Assembly (NCBI RefSeq): GCF_006345805.1
Contig: NC_043016.1
Location: 11,718,001-11,782,000, forward strand
Length of the DNA stretch: 64,000 nt
Reading direction: 5' to 3'
Source: Octopus sinensis
Taxonomy: Eukaryota
Below the pieces are notes generated by a model that was not told the DNA's origin, did not search any database, and worked only from the letters and a program-made list of their open reading frames with translations. Below, piece by piece: positions 49,627 through 63,430 of this stretch. The translations under genes and the position numbers were made by a program. Numbering within the stretch: position 1 is the stretch's first letter; the number at the start of each line of letters is the position of its first letter.

Positions 49627-49720
49627 CTTTATTTAAAGCAGCAGAAAATTCAACAAAACCTGGCAACGGGAAACTCAGAGTAACAGGTTTTGTTGAATTT
49701 TCTGCTGCTTTTAAATAAAG
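49627..49720. mobile_element. Small palindromic element in (TA)n, Penelope-like remnant candidate
   Basis: Arms ctttatttaaagcagcagaaaattcaacaaaacctg / caggttttgttgaattttctgctgcttttaaataaag; centre GAAA-CUCAGAG-UA-ACAG. Confidence 0.6.
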
Positions 49721-50691
49721 CATATTACTCTACCACTGGTATTTGAGTACTCTTTTTTCCACCTTGTTTCACATTTATGTGTTTACTCCGGTATATATAT
49801 ATGCCAGAAAAGACAAGATAGTTGCTACTGGGAAAGCTGGTGAAAAAGTGACACAGGAAATCAAACATACAGATCCGCGGGTTACACTTCGTATGCAATC
49901 ACAAACTGACCTGGGGACCCACACAACAACTAGAAGACATCCTTCTCACAAGAGAATTCAATGATGTGCCTGGTCTGTGTGTCCCCTTAACCCTCTATCA
50001 TTTGACCTGGCCATATCCATCTCAGATACTCTGTTCTATGCTCAAACAAGCCAGATCAGGCCTTTCACACCTACCCTAAAATGTCATTCTAAAACTAAAC
50101 AATCACATCATCAAAATCTCAAAGCTATGAGATAATCCTTGATTAATTGAAAAGAATGTGAATAAGTAAATAAGCATTACATTTGACAGAATAATCTGAA
50201 TGCTCAACAGTTGGTCTACTAGCTATGTTATACGCCGTAAGTCCTAATGAAGAACTGAAATTACCAGTAACATTTTGATATTTTAGATATTTACTCGTTA
50301 AATGCTTTTAAGTTATAAAAACAAAACTGTTACTGCTGTTCAGTGGAAGATAGAAAATTATTATTCAAAACTAAACTAAAACTCCAGTCAACGTGAATTG
50401 CTGTAATGTTACCCCCTGTGTCACTCACAAAACTATACACTTGGCAATTAAATTGGGTTTTAAAAAATTCAAACACTACTGAAATTTGGTCTATTTATTT
50501 TAGAAACTTGAGATTTAAAAAAAAAAAATCTTTCAAATTTCATAAATAATATAGCAATGCAATTAATTTTTTTTTTCTCTCTCGTAAAGCAAACTGTAAC
50601 ATTTCTGATATAATTAATAATGTATACATCTGTGAAAGAAAAAAATTTTTTTTTCAATTCTACTATGAAAATAACAGGAAGCAAAATTATG

Positions 50692-50722
<31 letters not shown>

Positions 50723-51271
50723 TATAAGTATACTGTTAATCTATTTTCCCCACAAATAACACAGTCATTTCAAGGAAATCAAAAGATTTTTCTAGATTAT
50801 TTTTGAAAAAAAAATGTAGAAAAATTTTTACTATCAAAGGAAAAAAATAACTATGGCAACATTGTTTATCAAAAGAGTTAAATAAAATGATGAAATTTTT
50901 GATAATTGTTAGTTTTGATATTCCTTAAGCTTAAAAATCTGTTTTGTTTTATTTTGCATTATATTATTTTCTTTTCCAGTTAAATATTGAGATATCTCTC
51001 TCTCACACACACATACACAGACTAAATAAGATATGAAGCCATTACTGAATAGTGTGTCTAACAGAGACAACATTGCCTTATGTTATTTTTATTATTATTA
51101 TCTACATCTATTTCAGTGGTAATCCATCAATTCAACACAACATACTTCATATTTATCACTGAAACAACTGTAATGTGATGACTTCATTGCTTAAAAATGT
51201 CCAATAATTGAGAGAGAGGGAAGAGAAAGAGGGAATGAAGGGGAAAGAGAGTGTGTGTGTGTGTGTGTGAG

Positions 51272-51302
<31 letters not shown>

Positions 51303-53329
51303 AAGAAGAAAGAAAAGGTAATGAAAGTACTTAGATCAGTTTCTACATTTTGTATTGAATATGGTTTGGTTTAATTAAATAGTTTAATCAAAAAAGTTTT
51401 TTAAAAAATTAAATAAATTACATGGCATACATGTTCAAAGAAACTCAGTACAGATTTAAAGTTAAAAAAAGAAAAGAGTTTGACCAAGCTGATCCATGTT
51501 GAAGGAAAAAAAAAAAAAAAAAAGAACAAATAAAAAAAAACTGCAAATCATAACCTTTTGATATTTAAAAAGAAATAAAACTTTAATAAGTTTTTTTTAA
51601 TTTAAAGACATAATAATGCCATAATGAAATGTTTTGCCAAGTAACACAATTAAGCAAACTCAACATTTATTTATGACACCAACAAGAATGTGAAATGAAA
51701 TGTTCAGAATAAATAATTTACATAGTAAAATATAAAAAAAAAAACTGTTCGACAGCCAGATTTTGAGAGAGAGAGAGAGAGAGATTGTTTAATTCTATTT
51801 GCAAATGTTTGGAAAAGAAATGCTTTTTGTTTAACCACTCATTCCCTTCTCTTACTAAAAATGTAATGCAACTTCACTGCAAGTTTCAAGATTCTTTCAA
51901 ATTAAAATTAGGGGAGGGGGAGAAGAGAGTGAGAGAGATGAGGAAGTGTATAAGGAAGAATACAGTCTTTAGTAAAATAAATCTTGAAAAATACAATATA
52001 TGAAAAGCTGGAATCATTAAACTTTTGTACAAGAATACCTCCTTACATTGCAACAGTATGTAAATGAATTATAATTAGTATGGTTCTGGTTAATCACCAT
52101 TTTAAAATAATTGTTACAATTATATACATACATACACACAAACACACACACAATATCATATACCATTGATATTAGGATGTGTTAAGTGTTAATTAAACCT
52201 TTGTTTACTTGCAATAATATGCTTTGATAAACACCTTTTGTAGCGGCTGAATTAACTGATTTATCCAAGAACAGGAAAAGAATTGGCAGGAATACAGGAT
52301 CTTGTCTCCTAGACGTCGCACAAATAATAATAATAATAATAATAATAATGGTCTTAAATGTTGGCAAAAGACCAGCAATTTCAGGGAATTGGGTAAGTTG
52401 ATTACATTGACCCCAGCATTCAACTGGTACTTTATTTCATCAACCTCGAAAGGATGAAAGGCAAAGTCAACCCTGGCAAACACAGTTAATCCTGCCAGTT
52501 CACCACCTTAACCCTTTTGTTACTGTATTTATTTTGAGATGCTCTGTGTTTCTTTCAATTAATTTTAAATATAACAAAGAATTTAGTAAAATAACTTAGT
52601 TATCATTAAGCTAGTGTTAGGAACATAAATTGTGACTAAGGTTTGGTGGAAGATTTTAATTCAAAACTTATGAAAACAAAACATTTGTACTACAGAGCCA
52701 GAGGCAGTTGGTATCAAAAGGGTTAAGAATTGTTTATATATTTTAACCCTTTCATGACCATATTTCTGTTAAGATGCTCTGTGTTTCTTTCAATTAATTT
52801 TAAATATAATAAAGAATTTAGTAAAATAACTTAGTTATCATTCAGCTGGTTTTAGGAACATAAATTGTGACTAAGGTTTGGTGAAAGATTTTAATTCAAA
52901 ACTTATGAAAGCAAGACATTTGTACTTGGAGCCAGAGCCAGTTTCAGCCGGGTTGGTAACGAAAGGGTTAAATAATATCTGACAATAGGCATAATGTCAG
53001 AAATTTTAGGAGTGGGGAAACAGTCAATTGTATCAACGCCAGTATTTGACTGGTACTTGATATCGAGCCCAGAAGGATGAAAAACAAAGTTGACTTTGGC
53101 AGGATTTGATCTCAGAACATAAAGAGCTGGAAGAAATACTGCAAGGCATTTCATCTGATGCTAATCCATCATCCTAATAATAATAATAATAATAATAATA
53201 AAAATAATTGTTAATGATGATGATGGGATGGGAAATATCAGAAGAAAATAATGTTTTTCATTTTACTAATTAGGGGAAGAATTTTATAATCTTTGCAGGA
53301 ATTTGATTGGTGTAACAAATGAATTTGTT

Positions 53330-54480
53330 GTTTAGTTTGGTCATCTATAGGTCAGTTGGTTACTAACTTTGAGTAGGAGGAGGAGGTATTTGATAGAATT
53401 TAATGCAGGATGAGGAAAAAATGAAAGAAAAAATTGTAGGCAGTCTTGCATGGAAAAAGTTTAGAAGATGAGAAGAGAGGCTGTAGAAGAGTCAGTAGCA
53501 GGTTGCAAGCTAATTTGGTTGAAGCAGGTTAAGTGAAATCTTTGCAAATCACTCAGGTGGCTGTTTTACAAATGTGTGGTGCAGCAGTATTGTACCAAAT
53601 ATGTGTGTTAAGCAGTACCTTAAATATGGGTCTCGATTGAAATTTGTACAGGATCAACAAAGTAATCTATCAGGGATAAAATAGTTTTGGGGCCCTGAAA
53701 CAACCCCTAGTAAATTTTTACTTTTTGAAGTTTTCATCCCCCCACCCCCCGCCAGGGCCCCTTTCTTGTGGTACAGTTTCAGCAATATTACACATGGGAA
53801 TCAGCATGAAGGATTAGAGATTGTCAGGTTTAGCATTAGGGGGTGGCTTTTGAGTGGCTTTATTTGGCTCTTCTTCATATGTACTACATGACCTTTCCCT
53901 TGGTTTGAGTAATGATAGTTTGTCCTGATGGAAAATGACTAGAATATCATGTTGCCATAGAACGATACTCTTCAAGTCTCATTTTTTTTTTTTTTTTTTA
54001 ATGTTTTTTTTCATGGAGGCAGTGTGTTTAGCAAAAGATGTTTAGGTTGAAATTTGGGGAGGAGACGCTCAGGTGAAAGAGGAGCAAAAAGTGGTTATCA
54101 TCTGTATGCAAGAATGTGTTAGAAATGACAGCCAGATCATTATTAGAATTGTTATTATAAGAAGAAGAAGGAAAAATAATAAATAAATAAAATGGCACAG
54201 ATGATTACTGAGCTTCTGCATACATCAGAGCTGATGGAATGAGGACTGGAGACAGTTCCATGACCACACAGTATGACACAAAACATACCAGTTCAAGAAA
54301 TATGGAGATGGATGGAACTCAAACCCAGGCAACCTAGCTCAGAGATTCTCAGGTTCAGGAGTACACACAGTTTGAAGGTTATAGAAGAGGACACCTTCAG
54401 GATTGAGGTTACCTTGTTGGGTTGGAGTGATCAGGATCAGGAGTTTTGCAATGTAGTGACTATGTGTACGAGATAGCAAA
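53330..54480 (-). mobile_element. Decayed CR1/L2-type LINE RT and 3' region
   Basis: Minus-strand remnants TLLILYK..RP, NDL....FLHTDD (YADD region) and GFEFHPS; many stops and frameshifts. Confidence 0.55.
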
Positions 54481-57400
54481 ATGGGTGGAGCAGCAAAGTT
54501 TGACGAGTGAGTTCAATTCAGGGTTGGAACCCAGGTAAACAGCAAATGATGAGGAATTTTTTTTTTTGTTTTGTTTTGTTTTTGCTCTTTTCAGCAGGAG
54601 TGCTAAATGGGATTGCCATATGCCTATTTTATAGCCTTTGAAAATATCAACACTTGCTATAGATTGAATATCTTATTTAAAGTATACAACTGATTAATCT
54701 TGACATCTTTCAACCCTCTGAAACATTTTTTTTCAGATGAATATAAATTATAAAATATAAGCAGCTTTAAAAAATACTACAAAAAAATCTAGTGATAGAC
54801 CAAAAAAAAAAAAAAAAAACTCTTTCAAAAGTATAATGTAAACATTTTTTAACAACTAAAATGTTTGAAAGATTTTGCTTTTTAAACACCCATTTCTTTT
54901 AGATAAAAAAAACAAACGAACAGACAAACAATGTAAATATTATTCAACTATTTTAAAAAGTTATAATAATGCATTTCCTTTCGGAAAAGAAAAAAAAATT
55001 AATATTTTCTTTTATAACTAAAGCAGAGATTTCTATTTCTCTATTACAATTTAACGAACTTTATGTGCTTTGAAAAATAACAGGGATACTGATATATGTA
55101 TCTCCTTACTCTATGTTGAAAGGAAAAGAAAAGAAAAACAGAGGATATAATATTTACAAAATGACACAACCTATAGTTATGGACGGATTGACAGAACGTG
55201 AATTTACACTGAGCAAAGACGAATTTCAGTGGACGGATGATAGCTAAATGGTGAAATTGCAGAATTGAACAAAAAGTGAGTGAACTAATTATTTAGCAGC
55301 AGTAATTTTAATGAACAAAGTGCATCTAATTAAATGTATATTATAAACAAACCGAAATATTTTTTGAAAACCTAAAGTACTAATTCCTCCTGAGACCACA
55401 CTTCTAACGAAATGCATTGCTTGTTTCAATCAACTTTGAAATTCAACAATCTAAAAAAGGCTCTAGTGGAATAAACTTTGTTCATTAATTTGTATATATA
55501 GCCAGTGTTTGGAACAAATAAAAAAAAATCATGTAAAATTATGATGAGGTTAAAATTTAAAAACTGAACAATTTCAAACAGGAAGTTTTATTTTTTTAAA
55601 AAAAAGGGGGGGGGGGCAGGCCATCTCAAATGGGTTGGTACCAAAAGTGTTAAACCAGGAACTAGGAATGAAGGGTGAATAAATAAAAGCTAATTTAAGA
55701 AATATAACGAATATGAAGTTTCATCACCAAGAGGTATATACTGATGGAATTCCAAACCAATTAAAATGGTTCAGGATGCATAATCATAAGATTCTTGCAT
55801 TTATGAAATTTAACATAAAATTTGCCTTGAATTATACAATTTTAGTATTTTTAATAGAAATAGAAAAAAAAAAAAAAGTGGTGTTATATATACCTTAACA
55901 CCTATCGCCACTTTTAGAACTGTAAACCAACCAGAGACCCAGACTGCGCTGGATTAAAAACAAATAGCCTAAATAAATGCAAAAAAACGCATGTAGAATA
56001 TTACATACTAAGTCCAGACTTTAGTATGTGCAGCCATTGTCAGTCTCTTTGAATCAGACACACTGAGCCAACCAATTAGTCTCCAGCTAGTCAATTGACA
56101 AGCTAGGAACAGAAATATTCTCAAAGCTATAGTCTAATATATTTAGGACTTTTGGCAGTAACCCGCTTTAGACTGCTTCTCACTTTATGATTAAAACTTT
56201 CTGTTTTAAAGAGATCTAAGTTAAAATCTTCCATCAAAATTTCTTGTTAATTTATTTCCCATACACCAGCTTAATAATGACAAAAGTTATTTAACTAAAT
56301 TATCCATTCATTTTCAAAATTAACTGAAACAAAAGCAGTATAGTTTAGAAGAAATGTAGTAACAAAAGGGGTTGCAAATAAGTGGAGAGACAACGAATAC
56401 ACATGGAGTGTTTGATTATATAGGTATGCACGGTTCAGGTTGATCTGGAATTAAACAACAACAACAATGCTGAGAAAGAGTCTTCAGTATCCCGCCTTCC
56501 ACTAAAAAACAAAACAACAAAGCAATATACCTAGACCCCTAAAACCTACTAGCTTTCTCTTGAATGTAAACCAGCTATGTTCTGTAGCATACTTCTGCTG
56601 AAATACACACTGCCTCTGTTTCAATTAATTTCGAAAATAACGAAGAATCTAGTACGATAACTTTAACCATTTTTAATCTGCCGTTTGGAACTTAACATGA
56701 ATTTTGATGGAAGGTTTTTAACTAAGATCCCTTAAAAATAGAAAGCTTGTATCAGAGAACAATGTGGGGGTGAGGTGGGGTGTCAAAAGGATGAAGCAGA
56801 GTCAGCTGTGACTACTCAATGAATAATAACAAGACCGTTTCTTAATCAAGTGCTTATCTTTCCATTCGAAGCATTTCCTTCAATCATTCTTCATAATAAA
56901 GGACAGTTGTTCAAACAATGGCATTAATGACCTTCAATAAATGCAGTGGACACATGCAGGGGAAAAAAAAACAAACAAAAACAGCACACAGTAGTGAAAT
57001 TGTTACTCAGTCATTAACGAGATTCAATTAAACCTCCCTCTTACTGTCATCACTTTCACCCTAATCCAAATTAAAACATTACTAACCTCTACTATAGTTC
57101 AAAGTAGTTTGAATAGTCTGAAAGGTTATTGGGAAGTGCTCATGCTCTAATAAGGAACTTAAAATTCTAGTCATAAAAGAGAACTGGCATTAATCCTTCG
57201 GTATTAAAACTAACCACATCCAATCCAAATATTCTACCAGCCTTACAGTGTCATTCTAAAAGACATACTATAACACCATTGAATCTTGAAGCCACACAAT
57301 GCACGATTAATTGAAAACAGAGTGAATAAATAAGCATTACATTTGATAGAGTAATCTGAATGCTAACGAGTTAATATTGTTGAAAATTAATAAATGCTAA

Positions 57401-57639
57401 CAAAGAAATTGAAACATACGTAAGAAAAGATTCTTGAACATTTGGATGAAGTGTCCAAAAGTAGAAAGACGAGGAAAGAAATCAGCAGCATGAATTCAGC
57501 CATCAGAAACCTGCTCCCTTCAAAAGCTATAAAGAATTCAAATAAAACTAATTTAACTAAAAGCCCACCCATCAAAACAGATTTAATATACGAAACTGAA
57601 CATCCTCAACCACAAATCAATTTTCCCAATCAATGAATG

Positions 57640-57715
<76 letters not shown>

Positions 57716-57739
57716 CATATATACACACACATATATATA

Positions 57740-58313
57740 TATATGACTAGTGACCAAGACTTTTGGAAATATGCTGTGCTTGAGAAAACCCGGCAAGCCA
57801 AATGAGACCATAACCTTGTGGCCTATGCCAGATGTGTAACCAGCCCACTTATGCGTACCTTTTCCTTCATTGGACACTGCTTGTGAAAACCTGTTGAGGC
57901 AAGTGAAATTGAAATCAAATTCGATGACTGGCATCCATGCTAGTGGAGCACTAAGAGCACCAGCTGAGCGTGATCTTTGCCAGAGCGGCTAACTGGCGTC
58001 CATGTCGGTGGCACGTAAAAAGCACCATTCGAGCGTGATTGTTACCAGGGTTACCTTACTTGCACTTGTGCCGGTGTGCAGGTGGCACGTAAAAAAATTA
58101 AAAAAAACACCACCTGGGCATGGCTGTTGCCAAGTACCACCTGACTGGCATGTAAAAGCACCCTCAACACTCAGAATGGTTGGCATTAGGAAGGGCATCC
58201 AGCTGTAGAAAGATTGGAGCCTGGTGCAGCCATCTGGTTCGCCAGTCCCCAGTCAAATCGTCCAACCCATGCTAACATGGAAAGTGGGCGTTAAACGACG
58301 ATGATGATGATGA
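57740..58313 (+). mobile_element. 3' end of RTE LINE joining ORF end, tandem-unit 3' UTR and (GAT)n tail
   Basis: 57770-57840 is homologous to 22015-22085; continuous into the ggcacgtaaaaagcacc units and shared tail. Confidence 0.7.
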
Positions 58314-58553
58314 TATATATATATATACATACACACACACACACATCAGCTGAAATACTTTGTTCTAACTTTAGCATACTTTCTTTTAGTCTTAGAAAAC
58401 GTGATCTCAATAGATGGCTAATAGTCATTTCGTCTATCTCAGAGAAATGAAATGGCAAAGTTGATTTCGGCGGGATTTTAACTCAGCATACAGAAGGAAG
58501 AAAACTAAACACAGCAAGGCATTTAGTTAATCAAACATTCCCCACCCATTACC

Positions 58554-58593
<40 letters not shown>

Positions 58594-61419
58594 GAATTCA
58601 TTTTTTCTCTTTCATGTGATTTTTAGCATAACTTTATCTTGTATTTAAAAAAAAAAAGTGTTAATATTAACAACAGCAGCAAATGTCCAACTCTGGACGA
58701 AATTGAACCATAAATAACAAATTGTAGTCACCATCTGGTGTCAGATGGTCAAAATGCAAGACAAAAAATAGTGTGTGTGTGTGTGTGTATGTAAGTTTGA
58801 AAGAGGAATATATATATATATATAAATATAAATTCAACTAAAAAGATCTTTAAATAATTTAAATTTACCCCAATCAGCAATAATCTGAAATATTTTGTAA
58901 ATAATTTTTGATTTAGGCAATAAACTCAGTAATTTCGAGAAAAGGTTTATTGATCTTAGCAGAATGAAAGGCAAAGTTGGCCTTATTGGGATTCATACTT
59001 AGAATGTTAAGGAGCCAAAAGAAATAACACAATTTTGCCAATTCACAACCCCTAAAATAATTCAGGCACAAAGCCAGGAATTTTGAGAGAAAGAGGAACT
59101 TAGTCAATACCATAACCCCCCCCGTAGTACTCATGTGGTGTTTTATTTTATCAATCCCAAAAAGATGAAAAGCAAAGTTGACCTAAGTAGAATCTGAACT
59201 CAGAATATTACAAGGCATTTTGTGCAATGCTCAAACAATTCTGCCAGTTTGTTATCCTTAGAAAAAAAAAAGTTTCAAATTTTGCCACAAGGATAGCCAT
59301 TTTGGGGAAGGGGATGTGTCAGTTACATTGACCCAGGTGTTCATCTGGTACTTAATTTATCGATCCTGCCCTCCTTCGAAAAGGATGGGAAGCATTTAGC
59401 CCTGGTATGCTAATGAGTCTGCCAGATCACTGCCCTAATAATGATAATAACAATAATAATTATTTTTGATTTTGGCACAAAGCCTCAAATTTCAGGAGGA
59501 TGTAAATTCTTGTCAAATTTCAGGGCAGGGGGGGATGTCAGTTACATCCACCTGACTGATCGACTGGCACTTGTTTCACCAACCATGATAGGAAGGAAGC
59601 AAAGTCGACCTTGATAAAATTTGAACTCAGAACCTCTAAAGCTGAAAGAAATGCTGTGAAGCATTTTGTCTGGATGCTATAACAGCTCTGCCAGTTTACC
59701 GCCTTAAAAAAATAAAAGTTACAATGTTTGAAAACCAAAAGAATAAAAAAAAAAAAGACATGGAATATAATTAGATCCTTCACAGCTGGACACACATTTA
59801 GAAACCAAATTAAACCATTAGAGTATGTACGAGTGAGAGATAGATAGATAGATAGATAGAGAGAGAGATTTCACTAACAATGGTGTATGCATTGAACCAA
59901 TGAGTAGACATATGGATGGACATATATGAAGCAATACAGTATTTTTCCACTGATGAGGGAAAATGGTTAGAAAAAATTTGAGATTTCTTCTTTGTTTTGT
60001 TTTCTTTTAAAGCTACATACAATAAAATATTTTTTGCTTTTGTCTTCGTCAAGGAGTTAAAAAGGCACTGAATATGAAATATCCAATATTAAGACAATGT
60101 GTATAAAATATAACAAGAATGTGTGCAATGTAGGACTAATTAATTGTTGAACCTAAAGGATTAGCCTATGATAAACTTAATGATTTGGGGGGAAAAAAAA
60201 AAAAAAAAAAAAAAGGAGATTGTAATACTGTTCAGTCAAAAAGTTATTGGTCCCGAGTAAATGGAACAGAGTTCTAAAATTTCACAGATTAAGAAAAGAA
60301 GGGATAATTTTATAGGGAGAAATAAAAATATGTATATGCCTTTAAAGCCAACTTTTAAAATGTAATAGCATATTTTAATCTTTTTTTTTTTTTCAATTTT
60401 AATTATTCAGCAAACAAAATAATTATTTTCCAACAAAATCAAAGATGTTTTTCTTTGATACATTTTTCAAAAAAGTTAATTTAATACAACATTACAACAC
60501 TAAATTCTAACATAAAAAAAAAAAAAAATTCACACAAATTTAAAAAAAAAAAAATTAAAATAAAATGAAAAAAAATTACTGTGGAAAGTAAAAATTAGAA
60601 CCACCAGCAGTTTTAATTTTATAAAATATAAAAACTTTTTTTTTTTTAAATTGGGAAAAGTTTTCAAATCAGTTAATGAAAAACAAAAACAGCAGCAATA
60701 AAGATCCTTTTTGCATTTTGAATATAAACAAAAAAAAAAAAATATTTAAATAATTTCACCTACAACACACACCGTAAGATGTTGGTGATGCACCAGACAA
60801 ATAAACAATGGTAATTGCAGGAACTGTTTTTATTAGAAAAAGTAATTGTGGATCATGTGATTTATAAGAGGAGTGGTGGAGGAGGAGGGGGGGGGGGGAG
60901 AATTCAAGAATTCTGCATTATGTTGCAATAAAGTTCATCTGAATTACAACACTAAGCAACAACTGTTTCAGCAAGACCCCTAAAAAAAAAAAAAAAAAAA
61001 AGGAAAAAACAAAAGAAGAGTCTCAACCTCTTAGAGGTCAGCTGGTGGGGGGGAAATCAACCTTTTAATTAAAAAAGATCTCAGACAGACAGACAGGTCT
61101 GTCTGTCTGTCATCCTATCTGGCAGACCCTACAGGCCCAATTTTGCTTTCAGTTTATAAAAATCTCACCTAATTACAGTGTTGCAAAATAGAGGTAAGGT
61201 CTTGGTGAACTAAATCGACAAAACCACCGTTGATCTTCAGTTGAAATTACCCCCACTTCTCTTACATCCCTTGTCTTCTAGAGAAATGCTTGAATTTACC
61301 ACCTTTCAACTCCATTTTGCCCCCTCTCCTAAAAATACTAGTATTCTTCCTTACATAATTATGCATCTAAAACAAATAATAAAAATAATAATTATAAAAA
61401 TAATAATAATAATAATAAT

Positions 61420-61952
61420 AATGATCATCCTTTCTATTTTAGGCACAAGGCCTGAAATTTAAGGGGTGAGGATAAATCGATTACATCAACCCCTAGTGCT
61501 CAACAAGTAATTAAATTAAAGATTCTGAGTTCAATTCCTGGCAGTGCCTTGAATAAATAATAATAATAATAATAATATCAGGAAAAAGAAAAAAAAAGAT
61601 ATCTTAGGAATGAAAACCAAAGGTTGGGTTCAAAATTCTACCAGGACACCTGATGAAGGCTGGAGAGTAAATTGGCCGAAACATTATGGTAACAACAAAC
61701 AAGATGAGAACACATCTCTGTCCAATGTAAATAATAATCTTTTCTACTGTAGGTACAAGGCCTGAAATTTGGGGGAGGAGGATAGTCGATTAAATTGACC
61801 CCAGTACTCAACTGGTACTTATTTTATCGACCCTGAAAGGATGAAAGGTAAAGTCAACCTTGGCGGGATTTGAACTCAGAACGTAGCGATGGGCGAAATA
61901 CCACTAAGCATTTCGTCCAGTGTGCTAACAATTCTGCCAGCTCATCACCTTC

Positions 61953-61989
<37 letters not shown>

Positions 61990-63430
61990 ATAATAATAAC
62001 AACAGTTATACTATAGGCACAAGACCAGCAATTTTGATGGGAGGGAGATTAATTGATACCATTAACCTCAGTATTTAATTAGTACTTAATTTATTAACTC
62101 TGAAAGGGTGAAATGCAAATACTGCCTTCATGGTATTTAAGTTCAAGACACAATGAACCCCACAAAATTCCACAAAGCATTTTGTCCAGCATGGCAATGG
62201 TGCAACCGTAATAATTCTTTCTAGTAAAGGGACAGGGCCTCAAATTTTGAGGGAGGAGATTAGTCAGTTATATCGACCCCACCGGTGCTCAACTGGTTCT
62301 TATCAATCTTCAAAGGATAACGGCCAAAGTTGATGTTGACAGGATTTGAACTCAGAACATAAACCTGGAAGACATGCCTAAACATTTTCTCCAACATGTT
62401 AATAATTCTGCCAGCACATTGCTTTAATTAATAAGAGTTTCAAATTTTGGCACAGGGCCAGCAGTTTTGGGGAAGGGTTTAGTTGATTACATTGATCCCA
62501 GTGAGAGACTGGCACTGATTTTACTGACCCCCCCAAAAGGATGAAAGGCAAAGTTAATCTCAGCGGAATTTGAACTCTGAGCATTTTGATTTTAAAATAA
62601 TTCTAATTTTGGTAGGCGGCCAGCAATGTTAAGGGAAAGTGTTAAAAATCAATGACATCAACCTCAGTACTAAAATCATACCTTATTCTATCAACTCGAA
62701 AAAGATGGAAAGCAAAGTACATACTTCTAAGCATTTTGTCCAGTGAGATGGTTCTGCCAGTTTGTCATCTTAATTTATAATTCTAATTCTTGGTACAAAG
62801 CTAGCAATTTTGAGGGACGGGGAAGTCAATTACCTTAACCCCAGTGCTCCACTGGTACTTATTTTCAGTACCGCCTGACTGGCCCTCATGCAGGGTGGTA
62901 TGTAAAAAGCATCCACTACACTCTGTAAAGTGGTTGGCATTAGGAAGGGCATCCAGCTGTAGAAACTCTGCCAGATCAGATTGGAGTCTGGTGCAGCCAT
63001 CTGGTTTGCCAGACCTCAGTGAAATCGTCCAAACCATGCTAGCATGGAAAGCGGACATTAAACAATGATGATGATGATGATGACCCTGAAAGGGTGAAAA
63101 GCAGAGTCGACCTCATTTGTAATTTGAACTTAGAATGTAAAGCTAAAAGAAACAGTGCTAAGCATTTTGTCTGGGACACTAAAAGTTCTGCCAGCTCACC
63201 GCCTTAATAACAATAACAACAATTCTTTCTACAATAGGCATAAGGCCTGAAATTTGGGTGTGTGGAGGGGACAGAGCTATGATTATATCAACCCTCAGCT
63301 TTTTTTACCCAAAAGGATGAAATGCCATGCCAACCATTTTTAGAATTTCAAATCAGGACATAAAGTCAGAAGAAATGCCACTAAACATTTTCTTTGTCAT
63401 GCTAACAATTCTAGGAGTTTGCTGCCTTAT
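61420..63430 (-). mobile_element. Head-to-tail cluster of decayed family-B SINEs (second cluster at about 58900-59710)
   Basis: Repeated aggcacaaggcctgaaattt...aaggatgaaaggcaaagt...gaatttgaactcag...ttctgccagct blocks, all the same orientation, separated by (AAT)n. Confidence 0.8.
61646..61690 (+). ncRNA. Degenerate Penelope-type minimal hammerhead motif
   Basis: ACAC-CUGAUGA-A-GGCUGG..UUGGCC-GAAAC-AUUAUGGU: core and helix II intact, helix III and helix I 3' strand degenerate. Confidence 0.45.

Noticed and set aside
61140-61200. Plus-strand micro-exon (tttcAG...GAG|GTAAGG)
   Set aside because: Stop codons in all three frames and no partner exons.
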